From: an uncultured virus (IMG/VR IMGVR_UViG_2663763079_000004)
Taxonomy: Duplodnaviria > Heunggongvirae > Uroviricota > Caudoviricetes
Length of the DNA: 64,000 nt
Reading direction: 5' to 3' (one strand)
IMG/VR virus record: IMGVR_UViG_2663763079_000004
Span: 1-64,000 of that record
Shown here one piece after another: positions 29,880 through 41,500 of the stretch (the stretch's first letter is position 1; every line of letters starts with the position of its first letter). The translations under genes were made by a program, and so were the position numbers. A model generated the notes under the pieces. It had not been told where the DNA came from. It saw only the letters and a list, made by a program, of their open reading frames with translations, and did not search any database.

Positions 29880-30140
29880 ATGGCTGCGAAAAATAAAGCA
29901 GTGGAGTCGGAAGAAACGGTCGCACAGGACAACCATGCGACCGTGGTCGCACAGGCAGAGCGTAAATCCGTTGTGTTCCTTGGGCCGCACCACCGTTATT
30001 CCCGTGGAGATATCGCGTGCTTTGAAGGAACGCGCGCCGAAGAGCTGGTTAACCGGCGTATCGCGGTATGGCCGGAGGATGCCGAACGTGCGCTGAAACC
30101 GAAGCCGGGAGACAGCGATTTTGATACTGACATTGGATGA
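29880..30140 (+). CDS. Small head-associated protein
   Basis: AGGAG RBS after capsid terminator. Confidence 0.65.
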   Translation: MAAKNKAVESEETVAQDNHATVVAQAERKSVVFLGPHHRYSRGDIACFEGTRAEELVNRRIAVWPEDAERALKPKPGDSDFDTDIG

Positions 30141-30438
30141 TGTGAAAACCCAGCTACGCCTGGAACTGGATTTCACGGAGCATGACGCCATGCTCACGCA
30201 AATGGTGAACGCCGCGCAGCGGAGCATCGAGCGTGATTATTACTGCAAGCTGGTCACCAGTGATGAAGAGCTGCAGGCACTCCCGGAAACCGTCCGCGGA
30301 TTTATCGCGGATGAAGATATCCGGCTGGCCATTCAGTTTCTGATCAGCGATGCGTATCTGAATGGCCATACCGGACAGTGGCTGGAAACCGCTGCGGTGA
30401 GGCATCTTCTTTTCCCCCTGCAGGAGCATACGCTATGA
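30121..30438 (+). CDS. Head-tail connector (gp6-like)
   Basis: LTLDDVKTQLRL..HDAML..LLFP. Confidence 0.85.
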   Translation: MILTLDDVKTQLRLELDFTEHDAMLTQMVNAAQRSIERDYYCKLVTSDEELQALPETVRGFIADEDIRLAIQFLISDAYLNGHTGQWLETAAVRHLLFPLQEHTL

Positions 30439-30773
30439 GCCTGAAACCGGGTGATATGAACTGTCGCATTGCGATTAGCTACGTTCAGTCCGGTCGGGGG
30501 CCGCTGGGCGAACCGCTACCGGAAAAGCAGGTTGAATCGGGAAAAGCGTGGGCAAAACGGGAGCTGGTATCGGGGCGAAAAGTCCGCACGCTGGATCAGC
30601 AGCAGGTGGTGGAAACCTGCCTGTTTACGGTCTATCCGGGTGTGCTGGTTGATATCGACTGGAAAATCACGACGAAAAACCTGGTTTATACCGTCCGGAA
30701 TATCGACCGCAAAACGGACCGGATCATTATCACGGGGGAGGCTGACGGGCGGCATGATAGAGCTGGCGATTAA
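30435..30773 (+). CDS. Head closure / head-tail adaptor
   Basis: GDMNCRI..WA motif and position. Confidence 0.75.
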   Translation: MSLKPGDMNCRIAISYVQSGRGPLGEPLPEKQVESGKAWAKRELVSGRKVRTLDQQQVVETCLFTVYPGVLVDIDWKITTKNLVYTVRNIDRKTDRIIITGEADGRHDRAGD

Positions 30774-31134
30774 GGGTGCGCTGGAGCGCATCACCGGCAT
30801 GAATGCGTATCCGCTTTTACTGCCGGACACGGTCCAGGAAGGGGTGACATACCAGCGTATTTCGGATGCGCCGGTAGGGGCTGGCCTGGCCAGAACCGGG
30901 ATTTCCTCTGTCCGCATACAGGTGGCGATTTATCTGATCGATAACTACAGCCGCCTGCTGATGCTGGATAAGCAGCTTTGGTCAGAATGGAAAGCCATTG
31001 TGCAAAGCCGGCTTGAGGATTGTCCGGTCAGTTACGTGACGCGCGGCAGTATCCAGCAGGACAAGATCACGCTGACCAGTGGTCGCATCCAGTACCGTCT
31101 GGTGCGCGACTTTATATTCACCACTCCGGAGTAA
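30754..31134 (+). CDS. Tail completion/terminator protein
   Basis: VTYQRIS..RIQV motif and position. Confidence 0.7.
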   Translation: MIELAIKGALERITGMNAYPLLLPDTVQEGVTYQRISDAPVGAGLARTGISSVRIQVAIYLIDNYSRLLMLDKQLWSEWKAIVQSRLEDCPVSYVTRGSIQQDKITLTSGRIQYRLVRDFIFTTPE

Positions 31135-31138
31135 CCCC

Positions 31139-31552
31139 ATGCGCATTGAGATGAAATTCCCGTCGGGGAAGGATTTTGAACGCCTGATTTCCGAGATGGA
31201 CAAGAAAGTCAGCACCAGGTTGTTGCGTGATGCCGGGCGCCGGGCGCTGGCCATCGTGCAGGAGGATATGCAGCAAAACGCCGGCTACGACGAGTTAAGC
31301 GGCGGGCCGCACATGCGCGACACGATCAAAATCCGTAGCTCAACCAGCGGAGCAAAGAGCGAGCGCTACGGGACTCTCATCACGTTTCGAGTCGGTCCCA
31401 GCAAAGCGCATCACATGAAAGCGTTGGCGCAGGAGTTCGGCACGGTGAAACAGGTGGCTAAGCCGTTTATCCGTCCGGCGCTGGATTACAACGTCGAAAA
31501 AGTGCTGTCGATACTGACAGCTGAAATTCGCTATGGGCTGGAAGGCCGGTAG
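31139..31552 (+). CDS. HK97 gp10-like tail component
   Basis: QEFGTVKQVAKPFIRPALD. Confidence 0.85.
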   Translation: MRIEMKFPSGKDFERLISEMDKKVSTRLLRDAGRRALAIVQEDMQQNAGYDELSGGPHMRDTIKIRSSTSGAKSERYGTLITFRVGPSKAHHMKALAQEFGTVKQVAKPFIRPALDYNVEKVLSILTAEIRYGLEGR

Positions 31553-31572
31553 TCAAAAAGAGAGAGAAAAAA

Positions 31573-32052
31573 ATGAGTGAAGACGTCATTAAAAGCCCTT
31601 CGGAATATGCAAGCATTCCGGCGGGAACCCGCACGTACTGGGGTATGAAAGGCACGCTGAAGGCGGCGGCAAAACTACTGCAAAGTACGATGGCCATCGG
31701 TGCCGTAGGCAAAAAGGGCACCTTCATGAAGGTGACACGCCTGATTGACCGTGATCCGAAATACATGGCCGATATGGGCGAGGGTGAGGATAAGACCCTG
31801 GTGTTTATTGCCGATCCGACAGATGCGAATCAGCAGGCATTGCTGGAAGCGGCGGAGGCCAATAAGACCGTGGTGTTTTTCTTCGACTTCCCAAATGGCC
31901 GCTCGGCGGAAATGGAGCTGGTGCTGTCCGGATGGGCGCAGCAGGCCGTTGACCAGCCTGATGGTAAAGTCCTGCAGGACGAGGTATACGGCAAGCAGAA
32001 CGGCGGCGTGAAGTGGACTACCACGAACGCCGCCAATAGTGGCACTGAATAA
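31573..32052 (+). CDS. Major tail tube protein
   Basis: Position before chaperones and tape measure; 159 aa. Confidence 0.75.
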   Translation: MSEDVIKSPSEYASIPAGTRTYWGMKGTLKAAAKLLQSTMAIGAVGKKGTFMKVTRLIDRDPKYMADMGEGEDKTLVFIADPTDANQQALLEAAEANKTVVFFFDFPNGRSAEMELVLSGWAQQAVDQPDGKVLQDEVYGKQNGGVKWTTTNAANSGTE

Positions 32053-32066
32053 AAGGAATAACGACT

Positions 32067-32647
32067 GTGAATTATCAAAACCTTCTCAACCCTATTATCA
32101 AAGCCCACCCGATTACGCTGCTTGGCCAGCAGATCTTTATCCGCCGCCTGACGCAGGAGGAACTATGGGATTATGAAGCCGATCTGCAGGCACTGGAAAA
32201 GAGCGATGACAACGCTCGCCAGACCTCTATCCGTGGCATCACACTGTTTCTATCTGCGCTGGTAAATGAGGACGGAAGCCGCCCGGCAGCGGATGAACTC
32301 CCGGCTGCAGAGGCTTTTCTGTCAGCCCATTCGGGAGCAGATCTGCTGGAGGCAGTCATTGCTGTACAGCGTCATGCTATCGGCACACTGGAAGATGCCA
32401 AAAAAAACTAACCGAATCACCCCAGCTGCGCACCCTGTTTGCGCTGGCAGATCGCTGGGGTGAGCCGGACCCCACGAAACTGGCCGCCATGCCTGCGAAC
32501 ATCCTGACCTACTGGGAGGCGTACTTTGCGCTCCTTAAAGAAGAGGGAAAACCACCGCTGGCGGCTCCACAGTCATCTGCAGCACCCTCTGCCGTGGCCC
32601 GGGATGATGATTTTGAAAACTGCCTGAGGGTTCTTGGAAATGGCTGA
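32067..32647 (+). CDS. Tail assembly chaperone G (32067-32411) and -1 frameshift product GT (to 32647)
   Basis: Slippery A AAA AAC at 32402-32408; -1 frame reads [22 protein letters not shown]... to TGA 32645-32647. Confidence 0.85.
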
Positions 32648-35636
32648 TGTAGCATCACTCGCCGTCGCATTGCACCTCAACCGTGCGACGTTTAATTCGC
32701 AGTTCGCTGACGCAATGCGTCAGGCGGATGGCAACGCACAGCAGTTCAACAAAAAGGCACAGGCTGATGCGGCAAAAACTGAGGCTGCCTTTAAGGGGAT
32801 CGGCGTAGGTGTAAAAGCCGCTGATGCTGAATTTTCCAGGCTGGATAAACGTATCGAAAAGCTGGGGTCACTACGGCTTACCGGGCTGGATGAGATGCGT
32901 AACGTACTGGCGAATCTGTCTGCCGGTAGTGGCGTTACCGGCAGCAGTTTCACCACTGCGGCGATCTCGGCGCTGACCGAAGGTATGAGTACTGCGCTGA
33001 CCAGTAGCACCCAAAGTCTGGAGCTACAGCGACAGGCTCAGATTGCCGCATCGCAGGCGGCGGTAGATGGCGCGCAGGCGTCTATCAACAATGCCCGCAC
33101 GCTGCGAGAAGAGGCACTGGCGCGGCAGAAAGCAGCCGTACAAACGATTCAGGCGGCGCAGGCGGAGCGCGAGAAGGCGTTTGCGCTGGATGAGTATTAT
33201 GCCAAACAGGCAGAGGTCAATAAGCAGTATGGCATCACGGCCAGCTATGAAGCAGAGCACGCGAAAAACGCCCGCACCATCAGCGAGGCCAATATAGCTG
33301 AGGCCCGCGGGAAAAAGAGCCTGGCAGAAGCCACAAAAGAGGTTCTGGCCGCAGATATCGCTGAGTCTGACGCCAAGCGTACCCTGACCACCTCAACGCG
33401 AACGCTGGCCACGGCCAGCCAGGAGCTGACGTTCCGGCAGCGCGCAGCGGCGGCGGCGGCGGGAACACTGCATGGCGCCCTGGCGCTGGTCGGTGGCCCG
33501 GTCGGGATCGGTATCATGGCGATCGCCGGCGCGGTGACGATGCTCTATTCGTCGTTTTCAAAGTCTCAGGAAACTATCAGCGGCTACAGCAATGCGTTAT
33601 TCAAATCAGGGCAGCAGTCGATTATGTCGGTTCAGTATCTCCAGAGCCTGCAGTCGCAGCTGGGAGATACTGACGGTGCCGTAAAAGCTATCACCGCGTC
33701 TGTTAATGCCGGATTCGGTGGTGAAATGCTGGACCGCGTTGCCGGACTTGGCGCCCGGATGGAAGAGCTGGGGCAGAGTTCGGGGGATCTGGTCTCGATG
33801 CTCACGAATCTGCAGGGCGATCCTGTCCAGGCGATGGAGAAGCTGAACAATCAGGGAATTCAGCTAAACGCGACGTTTATCGATCAGATAGTCACGCTGC
33901 AGCGCCAGGGCAGGGAAAGTGAGGCTACGGCGCTCCTGCAAAAGCAGGCGATGGCCGAGCTGGAAAAGCAGATAAAGGATCAGGAAGATAAGGTTGACGG
34001 GCTGAAAGGGGCCTGGAAATCGCTGAAGGATTATGTCAGCAGCGCGTTTAAAACAATGGGTGACGCCCAGATGGCCACAGCCCAGGCGCAGGCGTCAGCA
34101 TTGGGAATAAACCTGACACCCAGCCCGGACCCGGCGATAAAACAGCGCGAAGAGGTGGAAAGGCTGCGGAAGGAGCAAGAGAAGCTGCGGAAAGATACAG
34201 CTGATCGCCTGAAGGCCGAAAATACCGTTCAAGGACTGATGGCTGCTGGCGTGACAAAAGAGAAGCAGCGCGCCGATGCACTGGCGGTTCTCAATCGCAC
34301 TCTCAAGAAAGGAACGGAAGAGTACGCGCAGGCGTTACGCGGTATAGAAAAATTGTACGGGGAGAAGCAGAAGAAACCGGCGGCGTACAAAGATGACCAG
34401 GCCACCCAGCGTCTGCAGAGTCTGCGCGAGCAGGAATCGGTTCTTCGTCAGCAAAACCAGCAGACCGTTAACCTGACCGGTTCAGAGCGAAAGCTGCTGC
34501 AGTTCAACCAGGAGATCGCCGATCTCAAGGCAAAAAAAATCCTGACCGCCGGGCAGCGCAGCATTCTCAATGCTGAGCAGGAGCTGCGCGCTCAGCTGAA
34601 CATCAATGTACAGCTGGAGAAGGCGAACGTGCAGCGCCAGCTGTCGCTGAAAATGCAACAGGAGAATAATGAGCTGCACCGCTCAACCATTCAGCTACAG
34701 GCCGAGATGGATGCCAACGTGGCCAGGATGACGATGAGCAGCGCCGCCTATGACCAGATGGCAAAGGAGCAGCAGGTCAGGTCGAAATTTGCAAAGCTGC
34801 GCGAGGATGCAGAGAAAAAAATCAAACCAACTGAGGAGGCGTATTTTCAACAACAAACACGCTTCCTAAATGCAGAAGAACAAAAGCAACTGAGCATCGT
34901 TCGCAATGGTGCCCGGGATAAAGCGCAGATTGAGGGTTCATGGACCGAGGGGTTACGCGCAGGGTTGCGTGAATGGGGCGCCGATGCAACCAACATTTAT
35001 GCCCAGGTTCGTGACACCTCCGTCAATGCAATGGACGGCATGGCCAATTCTATCTGGCAAATGGCGTCGCGGGGTAAATCGTCCTTCAAGGAGATGGCGC
35101 TGTCTATCATTGACGATATTGGGCAGATGATAACAAAAATGCTCTTTTTTCAGTCTATCCGATCTGCAGGCTCTGCTATGTCGGGGTCCGGGATTGGCAT
35201 CCTCGCGGATTTTGGCGGGTTTCTGTCTGGATTCTCCGGCGGAGGGTATACCGGTGATGGCGGGAAGTATGAGGTTGCCGGACCAGTCCACCGGGGTGAG
35301 TGGGTTGTGCCACAGGAGGTGGTTAAAAGGCCAGGCATGCTCAGCTTTCTGAACCAGTTAACTTACGGTAGTGGCTACGCCAACGGTGGGCTGGCTGGCG
35401 TGCCGAGCGGGCCGCTTCCAATGACTGGTGAGAGCCAGCGAGCAGCAGGGGGAATAACGGTTAATATCCCGATACAGGTGGTCAATAGTAACGGTAATCC
35501 GGATCAGTCCGGGAAGCGGTCAGAGAGTGGTATCGCTCAGATGAAGCAACAAATCGTTCAGATAGTTTTGAGCACCCTGGATAAGGAAATGGGTAACGGT
35601 GGGATGATCGATGTGAAACTGAGGAGCATGCGCTAA
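32640..35636 (+). CDS. Tail tape measure protein
   Basis: ~1000 aa Ala/Gln-rich helical; C-terminal [16 protein letters not shown]. Confidence 0.93.
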   Translation: MADVASLAVALHLNRATFNSQFADAMRQADGNAQQFNKKAQADAAKTEAAFKGIGVGVKAADAEFSRLDKRIEKLGSLRLTGLDEMRNVLANLSAGSGVTGSSFTTAAISALTEGMSTALTSSTQSLELQRQAQIAASQAAVDGAQASINNARTLREEALARQKAAVQTIQAAQAEREKAFALDEYYAKQAEVNKQYGITASYEAEHAKNARTISEANIAEARGKKSLAEATKEVLAADIAESDAKRTLTTSTRTLATASQELTFRQRAAAAAAGTLHGALALVGGPVGIGIMAIAGAVTMLYSSFSKSQETISGYSNALFKSGQQSIMSVQYLQSLQSQLGDTDGAVKAITASVNAGFGGEMLDRVAGLGARMEELGQSSGDLVSMLTNLQGDPVQAMEKLNNQGIQLNATFIDQIVTLQRQGRESEATALLQKQAMAELEKQIKDQEDKVDGLKGAWKSLKDYVSSAFKTMGDAQMATAQAQASALGINLTPSPDPAIKQREEVERLRKEQEKLRKDTADRLKAENTVQGLMAAGVTKEKQRADALAVLNRTLKKGTEEYAQALRGIEKLYGEKQKKPAAYKDDQATQRLQSLREQESVLRQQNQQTVNLTGSERKLLQFNQEIADLKAKKILTAGQRSILNAEQELRAQLNINVQLEKANVQRQLSLKMQQENNELHRSTIQLQAEMDANVARMTMSSAAYDQMAKEQQVRSKFAKLREDAEKKIKPTEEAYFQQQTRFLNAEEQKQLSIVRNGARDKAQIEGSWTEGLRAGLREWGADATNIYAQVRDTSVNAMDGMANSIWQMASRGKSSFKEMALSIIDDIGQMITKMLFFQSIRSAGSAMSGSGIGILADFGGFLSGFSGGGYTGDGGKYEVAGPVHRGEWVVPQEVVKRPGMLSFLNQLTYGSGYANGGLAGVPSGPLPMTGESQRAAGGITVNIPIQVVNSNGNPDQSGKRSESGIAQMKQQIVQIVLSTLDKEMGNGGMIDVKLRSMR

Positions 35637-35986
35637 TGGCCGCACTGGAAACCTTCGACTGGTCGCCGCTGAATGGTCCTGCCGCGGATATTAAATATGC
35701 GACCCGGTCCGTGAAATATGGTGATGGTTATGAGCAGATCACTGGCGACGGTATTAATCCTGAATCGCAATCATGGCCACTGACATTCACCGACTACAGG
35801 GAGGAGGTCATGCCGATCCTGCAGTTTTTACGCCGTCACGGTGAAACAAGCGCATTCCTGTGGGTTAATCCGCTGGGAGAACTGGGGCTATACCGTGCGA
35901 CACAGATAAAGCCTCAACTGCTTGATTTTGCGCGCATGACCGTTACTGTTACGTTTGTGACGGCATACAGAGCCGCACCGATATAA
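35636..35986 (+). CDS. Minor tail protein M
   Basis: YGDGYEQ..GIN..FLW.NP. Confidence 0.9.
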   Translation: MAALETFDWSPLNGPAADIKYATRSVKYGDGYEQITGDGINPESQSWPLTFTDYREEVMPILQFLRRHGETSAFLWVNPLGELGLYRATQIKPQLLDFARMTVTVTFVTAYRAAPI

Positions 35987-35992
35987 TGGAGA

Positions 35993-36358
35993 ATGATAAT
36001 GCAAAAAATGGTACTGGCGCTGGCCAGCATCGCCGTTCTTTTTTCCGGTACAACGGCAGCACGTGAGCTAACAGCGTCGGAAAAAAAGATTATCGAAGAG
36101 TCTGCTAAGCAAGAGCTAAAAGATCCGGATAGCGCAAAAATTTATTGGCAACCGGATATGGGAGGTAACTCCTATTGCGCACAAATTAACGCCAAAAATG
36201 CTTATGGTGGTTATGCAGGCAAGGCGCTGTTAACAGCGGCAGTAAAAAGAAGTGGAGAGGGGAAAATCATTCAGGCAGGTGTCATCATTTATAGCGACGA
36301 TATGATAGAGGTGATGATGCCAATCTGTACCGATGCTGGCTACCACTTTCCCCGTTAA
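35993..36358 (+). CDS. Exported moron protein inserted between M and L
   Basis: Signal peptide; LKDPDSA..YCAQINAKNAYGGYAG; terminator at ~36393-36417. Confidence 0.75.
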   Translation: MIMQKMVLALASIAVLFSGTTAARELTASEKKIIEESAKQELKDPDSAKIYWQPDMGGNSYCAQINAKNAYGGYAGKALLTAAVKRSGEGKIIQAGVIIYSDDMIEVMMPICTDAGYHFPR

Positions 36359-36450
36359 CCTCCCGTGCCGTCCGGCACCCATACCATCAACTTAACCCCG
36401 CTCAGCGGGGTTTTTTATTATTGGGACTACGGTCCCGCAGCGAGGACATT

Positions 36451-37200
36451 ATGGGCATTGCAGCCGACGATCAAAAACTGGAACCCGGGAACGTCATCAC
36501 TCTGTTCGAAGTGGATGGCACCACTTTTGGTGCAGACGTACTGTATTTTCACAACCACGCTATTCCGTATACCGAAGAAGAAATTATCGCCGCTGGCAGC
36601 GATGCGGAAAAGCTGACGGGCAAACCGATTTACTGGCAGGGCGTGAAATATACGCTCTGGCCATGTGAGATCGAGGACGTTGAGTCCAACGGTGAAGGTT
36701 CGCCAGCTTCCCCCAAGCTGTCCATTGCGAACCTGGATGGCTCAATCAGTGCGTTATGCCACATGTTCCAGGATATGAAGCAGGCGAAGGTAACGGTTCA
36801 CCGCACGTATGCGCACTATCTCGATGCCAGGAACTTCCCTGACGGCAACCCACAGGCTGACCCGACAGCAGAGCAGATTGATGTTTTTTACATTGACAGT
36901 AAATCCAGCGATGACGATGAACAGGTCCAGTTCAAGCTTAGCTCGCCGGTGGATGTTACCGGACAGAAGTTGCCTGCACGCCAGATGACCAACCGTTGTG
37001 CCTGGTGCATGCAGGGCCAGTACCGTGGTGCTGACTGCGGCTATACCGGCACGCGTTATTACGACAAATTCGGCAATCCGGTAGACAACCCGGCACTGGA
37101 CGTCTGCCCGGGAACGGTCGCGGGCTGTAAGTTACGTTTTGGTGATGATGCCATGCTGCCGTTTGGCGGATTCCCGGCTATTGGTCTGCTGAGGATGTAG
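36451..37200 (+). CDS. Minor tail protein L
   Basis: Cys-rich C-terminus CGYTG..CKLRFG..FGGFP. Confidence 0.92.
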   Translation: MGIAADDQKLEPGNVITLFEVDGTTFGADVLYFHNHAIPYTEEEIIAAGSDAEKLTGKPIYWQGVKYTLWPCEIEDVESNGEGSPASPKLSIANLDGSISALCHMFQDMKQAKVTVHRTYAHYLDARNFPDGNPQADPTAEQIDVFYIDSKSSDDDEQVQFKLSSPVDVTGQKLPARQMTNRCAWCMQGQYRGADCGYTGTRYYDKFGNPVDNPALDVCPGTVAGCKLRFGDDAMLPFGGFPAIGLLRM

Positions 37201-37202
37201 TC

Positions 37203-37910
37203 ATGCTGAGCCAGAGACTGAAAACCGCTATTGAGGCGCACGCCGCGGATGTTTACCCGAACGAATGCTGTGGCCTGATTACACGGGTCGGGCGGCAGCG
37301 CCGATATATTCGCTGCGAAAACAGTCATGAAATGCCGACGGAGCATTTTCGGATCGCAGCCGGTGACTGGATTGCCGCAGAGGATGCCGGCGACGTGCTG
37401 GCCGTAGTGCATTCGCATCCGGATGCCGGTCCGCATGCATCCGCCGAGGACCTGCAGGGCTGTCAGAAAACAGGCCTGCCGTGGATCATTATTAGCTGGC
37501 CAGGAGGCGACTACACCATCACGACGCCGGAAGATTCCCCGCCTCTTCTGAACCGTCCGTTTATCCACGGTAGCTGGGATTGCTATGGACTGGTCCGCGA
37601 CTGGTATATGCAGGAGCGTGGTATCGAACTGCCTGATTTTCCCAGAGAGGACAACTGGTGGACCCGGGGGGAAAACCTGTATGTGCGGCACTATGCGGAA
37701 GCCGGGTTTTATTCTCACGCCAGCGAGCTGCAGGCAGGTGATGTGATCCTCATGCAGTACAGAGCGGACGAAATCAACCACGCCGGCATTTACCTGGGCA
37801 ACGGAAAAATGTTGCACCACATGTATGGCCAGCTGAGTGGTGAGGTTCCATACGGTGGGATCTGGCGGGAGCGAACCATGCTGACGCTGAGGCATAAAAA
37901 TGACGACTAA
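37203..37910 (+). CDS. Tail assembly protein K (JAB + NlpC/P60)
   Basis: ECCG, HSHP, DCYGLVRD, NHAGIYLG. Confidence 0.92.
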   Translation: MLSQRLKTAIEAHAADVYPNECCGLITRVGRQRRYIRCENSHEMPTEHFRIAAGDWIAAEDAGDVLAVVHSHPDAGPHASAEDLQGCQKTGLPWIIISWPGGDYTITTPEDSPPLLNRPFIHGSWDCYGLVRDWYMQERGIELPDFPREDNWWTRGENLYVRHYAEAGFYSHASELQAGDVILMQYRADEINHAGIYLGNGKMLHHMYGQLSGEVPYGGIWRERTMLTLRHKNDD

Positions 37911-38499
37911 TATGATAGAGAAAATGGTTCTGGTTCGCCTGTACGGCAAGCTGGGCAAGTTGTTCGGCCGGGAGCATCGCCTGTCGGTATCTTCTGTACG
38001 GGAGGCTATCCGCGCGCTGTGCATCATGGTTCCAGGACTGGAACGATGGCTGGAGACCAGCGAGGGACGTGGAGTCACGTACATGGTCTTTAACGGTGAA
38101 AAAAATCTGAGCCAGGATGACCTGTTTCTGAATGGTGTGCATGACGTAATCAAAATTGCGCCTGTGATTATTGGCAGTAAAAAAGCCGGGGTGTTCCAGA
38201 CCATTTTTGGTGCCGTACTCGTTGCCGTTGGTATGGTGCTGAGTTTTACCCCTGCCGCCGCTGCCTCGCCGTTCCTCTACAAAATGGGGGCGGCGATGAT
38301 GCTGGGCGGCGTTGTACAAATGCTGGCGCCCAGCGGTACCCAGGGTATGACAACGGATCGGGATACGAAAAAATCGTACTCATTTGGTGCGCCTGCTAAT
38401 CAGGTCGCTGCCGGCAACGGTGTACCGATCTTGTATGGCCTGCGTGAAATAGGCGGCGTCATTATCAGTGGCGGTATTTATACCGAAGAACAGCAATAA
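37900..38499 (+). CDS. Tail assembly protein I
   Basis: RLYGKLGKLFG..VPILYG. Confidence 0.92.
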   Translation: MTTNMIEKMVLVRLYGKLGKLFGREHRLSVSSVREAIRALCIMVPGLERWLETSEGRGVTYMVFNGEKNLSQDDLFLNGVHDVIKIAPVIIGSKKAGVFQTIFGAVLVAVGMVLSFTPAAAASPFLYKMGAAMMLGGVVQMLAPSGTQGMTTDRDTKKSYSFGAPANQVAAGNGVPILYGLREIGGVIISGGIYTEEQQ

Positions 38500-38556
38500 A
38501 AAAATGCATTTTACCCTTCCCGCCACGGCGGGATTTTTTTTGCCCGGAGTTTGAGA

Positions 38557-41500
38557 ATGGCTGAAATAAAAGGAATCGCTGGCGCTAAAAATAACGGTGG
38601 TAACAAGGATAACGGGCAGAATCGCGGGACGGAAATTGCCTCGGTCGCCTATATGAAAATCTTGCTGGCACTGTCAGAAGGTCAAATTGCCGGTCAGTTT
38701 ACCGGTCAGGATATTTGCCTCGACGGTACGCCGTTGCTCGATGCCGATGGCCATGAAAATTTTCCGGGCGTGACGTGGGAGTGGCGCAGTGGTCTGGTTG
38801 ACCAGGATTACATTCAGGGTTTCCCGGCGGTCGAAAACGAAATCAGCGTCAGCACGGAAATCAAGTCTGGCACCCCGTGGGTAAAGGCGATCAACAACAC
38901 GCAGCTGTCGGCTGTTCGCCTGCGTATTAAATTTCCGAACGGGGTCTACAGCCTGCGTGACAGCGGTGGCAAAGATGGTTACCGCATTGAGTTCGCTATC
39001 GATGTTTCAACAGACGGCAGCACGTATACCGAATATGGCCGCGATACCGTCGATGGCATAGCTAACACGGGCTATGAGCGCAGCTACCGCATCGATTTGC
39101 CGCGGGCAAACTCCGGCTGGCAGATCCGCGTTCGCCGTCTGACTGAGAATAAGAATAATAACAAAACGGCGGACGTAAGTCGTATCGAGTCGATAACGGA
39201 AATCGTTGACGCCAAACTGCGCTATCCGAACACCGCGCTGTTGTTCGTTCAGTTCGATTCAACGCTTTTTGATGGCCGGACACCGACCGTGACGGTCAAG
39301 GCAAAGGGGCTGGTCATTCGCGTACCGTCGAACTATGACCCTGTCGAACGTACCTACAGCGGAAGCTGGGACGGGACCTTCAAGTGGGCCTGGTCGAATA
39401 ACCCCGCCTGGATTTTTTACGATCTGGTGCTGAACAAACGCTATGGACTTGGAAAGCGTATTTCGTCCGACCAGGTGGATAAATGGACCCTGTATCAGAT
39501 CGGCCAGTATTGCGATGCGCCGGTCTCAGATGGTGCTGGCGGAAAAGAGGCCCGTTATCTCTGCGATCTGTATATATCCCAGCGGACTGACGCCTGGACC
39601 GTATTAATGGATCTCGCGAACATTTTTCGGGGCATGATTAGCTGGTCGAATAATCTGCTGTCGGTTGATGCCGATATGCCGCGTGAGATGGACCCCGATT
39701 TTGTTTTCAACAAATCGAATATTGTCGGCTCCTTCACGTTCTCCAGCACGTCCGAGCGGACCAACTATAGCGCGGCCATCGTCACTTACAGCAACCCACA
39801 GAATAACTATCAGGACGATCAAGCCAGCGTCTATTCGCAGGAGGTTGCAGACCGCTTCGGATTTAACACTATCGAGTTGTCCCGGATTGGCTGTACACGT
39901 GAATCCGAGGCGCAGCGCCACGGCGCCTACGCCATCGAGACAAACCGCGACGACAATGGCGTTGAGTTTAAAACGGGGATGGAGGGTCGCATTCCCCGTG
40001 TTGGCAAGGTTATCGGTATCAACAATGCCCCTATGGCTGGCCGGCAGAACGGCGGTCGTGTGGCGGCAGTCTCAGGAAAAAGGATTACTCTCGACCGCGC
40101 GGTCGCGGCAAAAGCCGGGGATACGCTCATCATTAACCTGCCGGACGGAAAGTCGCAGGGGCGTAAAGTTCAGGGTGTGCAGGACCGTATTGTTACGGTA
40201 GAGCAGGAGTATAACCCGGCACCGCAGGCGGAGGCGGGTTGGATTCTGGATCAGTCAGACCTGGCCATTCAGCAATTCAGGGTTAAGCGCGTTGTGAACA
40301 ATAACGATGGCACGGTCACTATTAACGGCCTGCCGTATAACCCGAACAAGTTTCCCCGGGTGGATGATGGCGCGGTGATCGAAGACCGTCCTGTGACCGT
40401 TGTTCCCCCACGGGGACAGGAGGCACCGGACGACATTACCATTTCCAGCCTCTACCGGGTGTCGCAGGGGATTGGCATCACCACCCTGGTTGCCACCTGG
40501 TCGCCGGTGAAAAATGCGATTGCGTATGAAATGCAGTGGCGTCAGAACAATGGTGACTGGATTAACCTGCCGCGCACCGGCAATACGCGGTTTGAGGTCG
40601 ATGGTATCTATACCGGTCGATACGTTGTGCGTGTGCGGGCGATTAACGCGCAGGATATCGCGTCCGTATGGGGGATCTCGAAAGAAACCGAGCTGACCGG
40701 TAAGTCTGGTGCCCCACTTCCGCCGCTGGCGCTGGCAACCCGTTCGCTGGTTCATGGGGTCCAGGTTAGCTGGGAATTCCCGACCGGCTCCGGGGATACG
40801 CTGCGCACGGAACTGCAGTACAGCAAAAATCAGGACGGCAGTGCGCCGACGCTGTTATCAGACGTGGTCTATCCGGGGAAAAGCTATCAGCAGATGGGCC
40901 TCAGTATGGGCGCAGAATTCTGGTATCGGGCGCGCCTTGTGGATCGTCTTGGCAATGAAAGCCCGTGGACCGGCTGGGTCCAGGGGATGGCCAGCGATAA
41001 CTTTGATGACTACTACGAAAACCTGACCGACGCGATCAAGGATACTGCTGCCTGGGAGGAAACGCAGCGCACCATTAGCGAAACACAGGAAGGTATCCGC
41101 AATACGCAGCAGGAACTGGAGCAGACCGCTGAAGCTCTGCGTAAGGAAGCCGAAGACCAGACGAAGCAGGTCAGCCAGGATATTGATGCATCGGCGAAAA
41201 GCATCACGGCTGATGTTGACGGGAAGATCTCCGCCGTGAATAAAACCATCACGGATGAGATCACCTCGGTTAATGAGGCTCTCGATTCTGGTCTGGCTCA
41301 GGCAAACAAAGGCGTTCAGGAGGCAAAATCCGCCGTCGCAGATGCGAACAAGCAGATCGCAACTGTGAACAAGTCGCTGACCGACAGCATCACCCAGGTA
41401 AGACAGTCAGTCACCGATACGGCTGCGGAAATCAACGCCACCATCGACCTGGAGATTGCCAGGGGCAGCAAAACGCTGGCCGACGGCGATGCCGCATTGA

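Noticed and set aside
37059..38204. 381-aa minus-strand ORF
   Set aside because: Antisense shadow of well-supported tail genes L/K/I; no motifs
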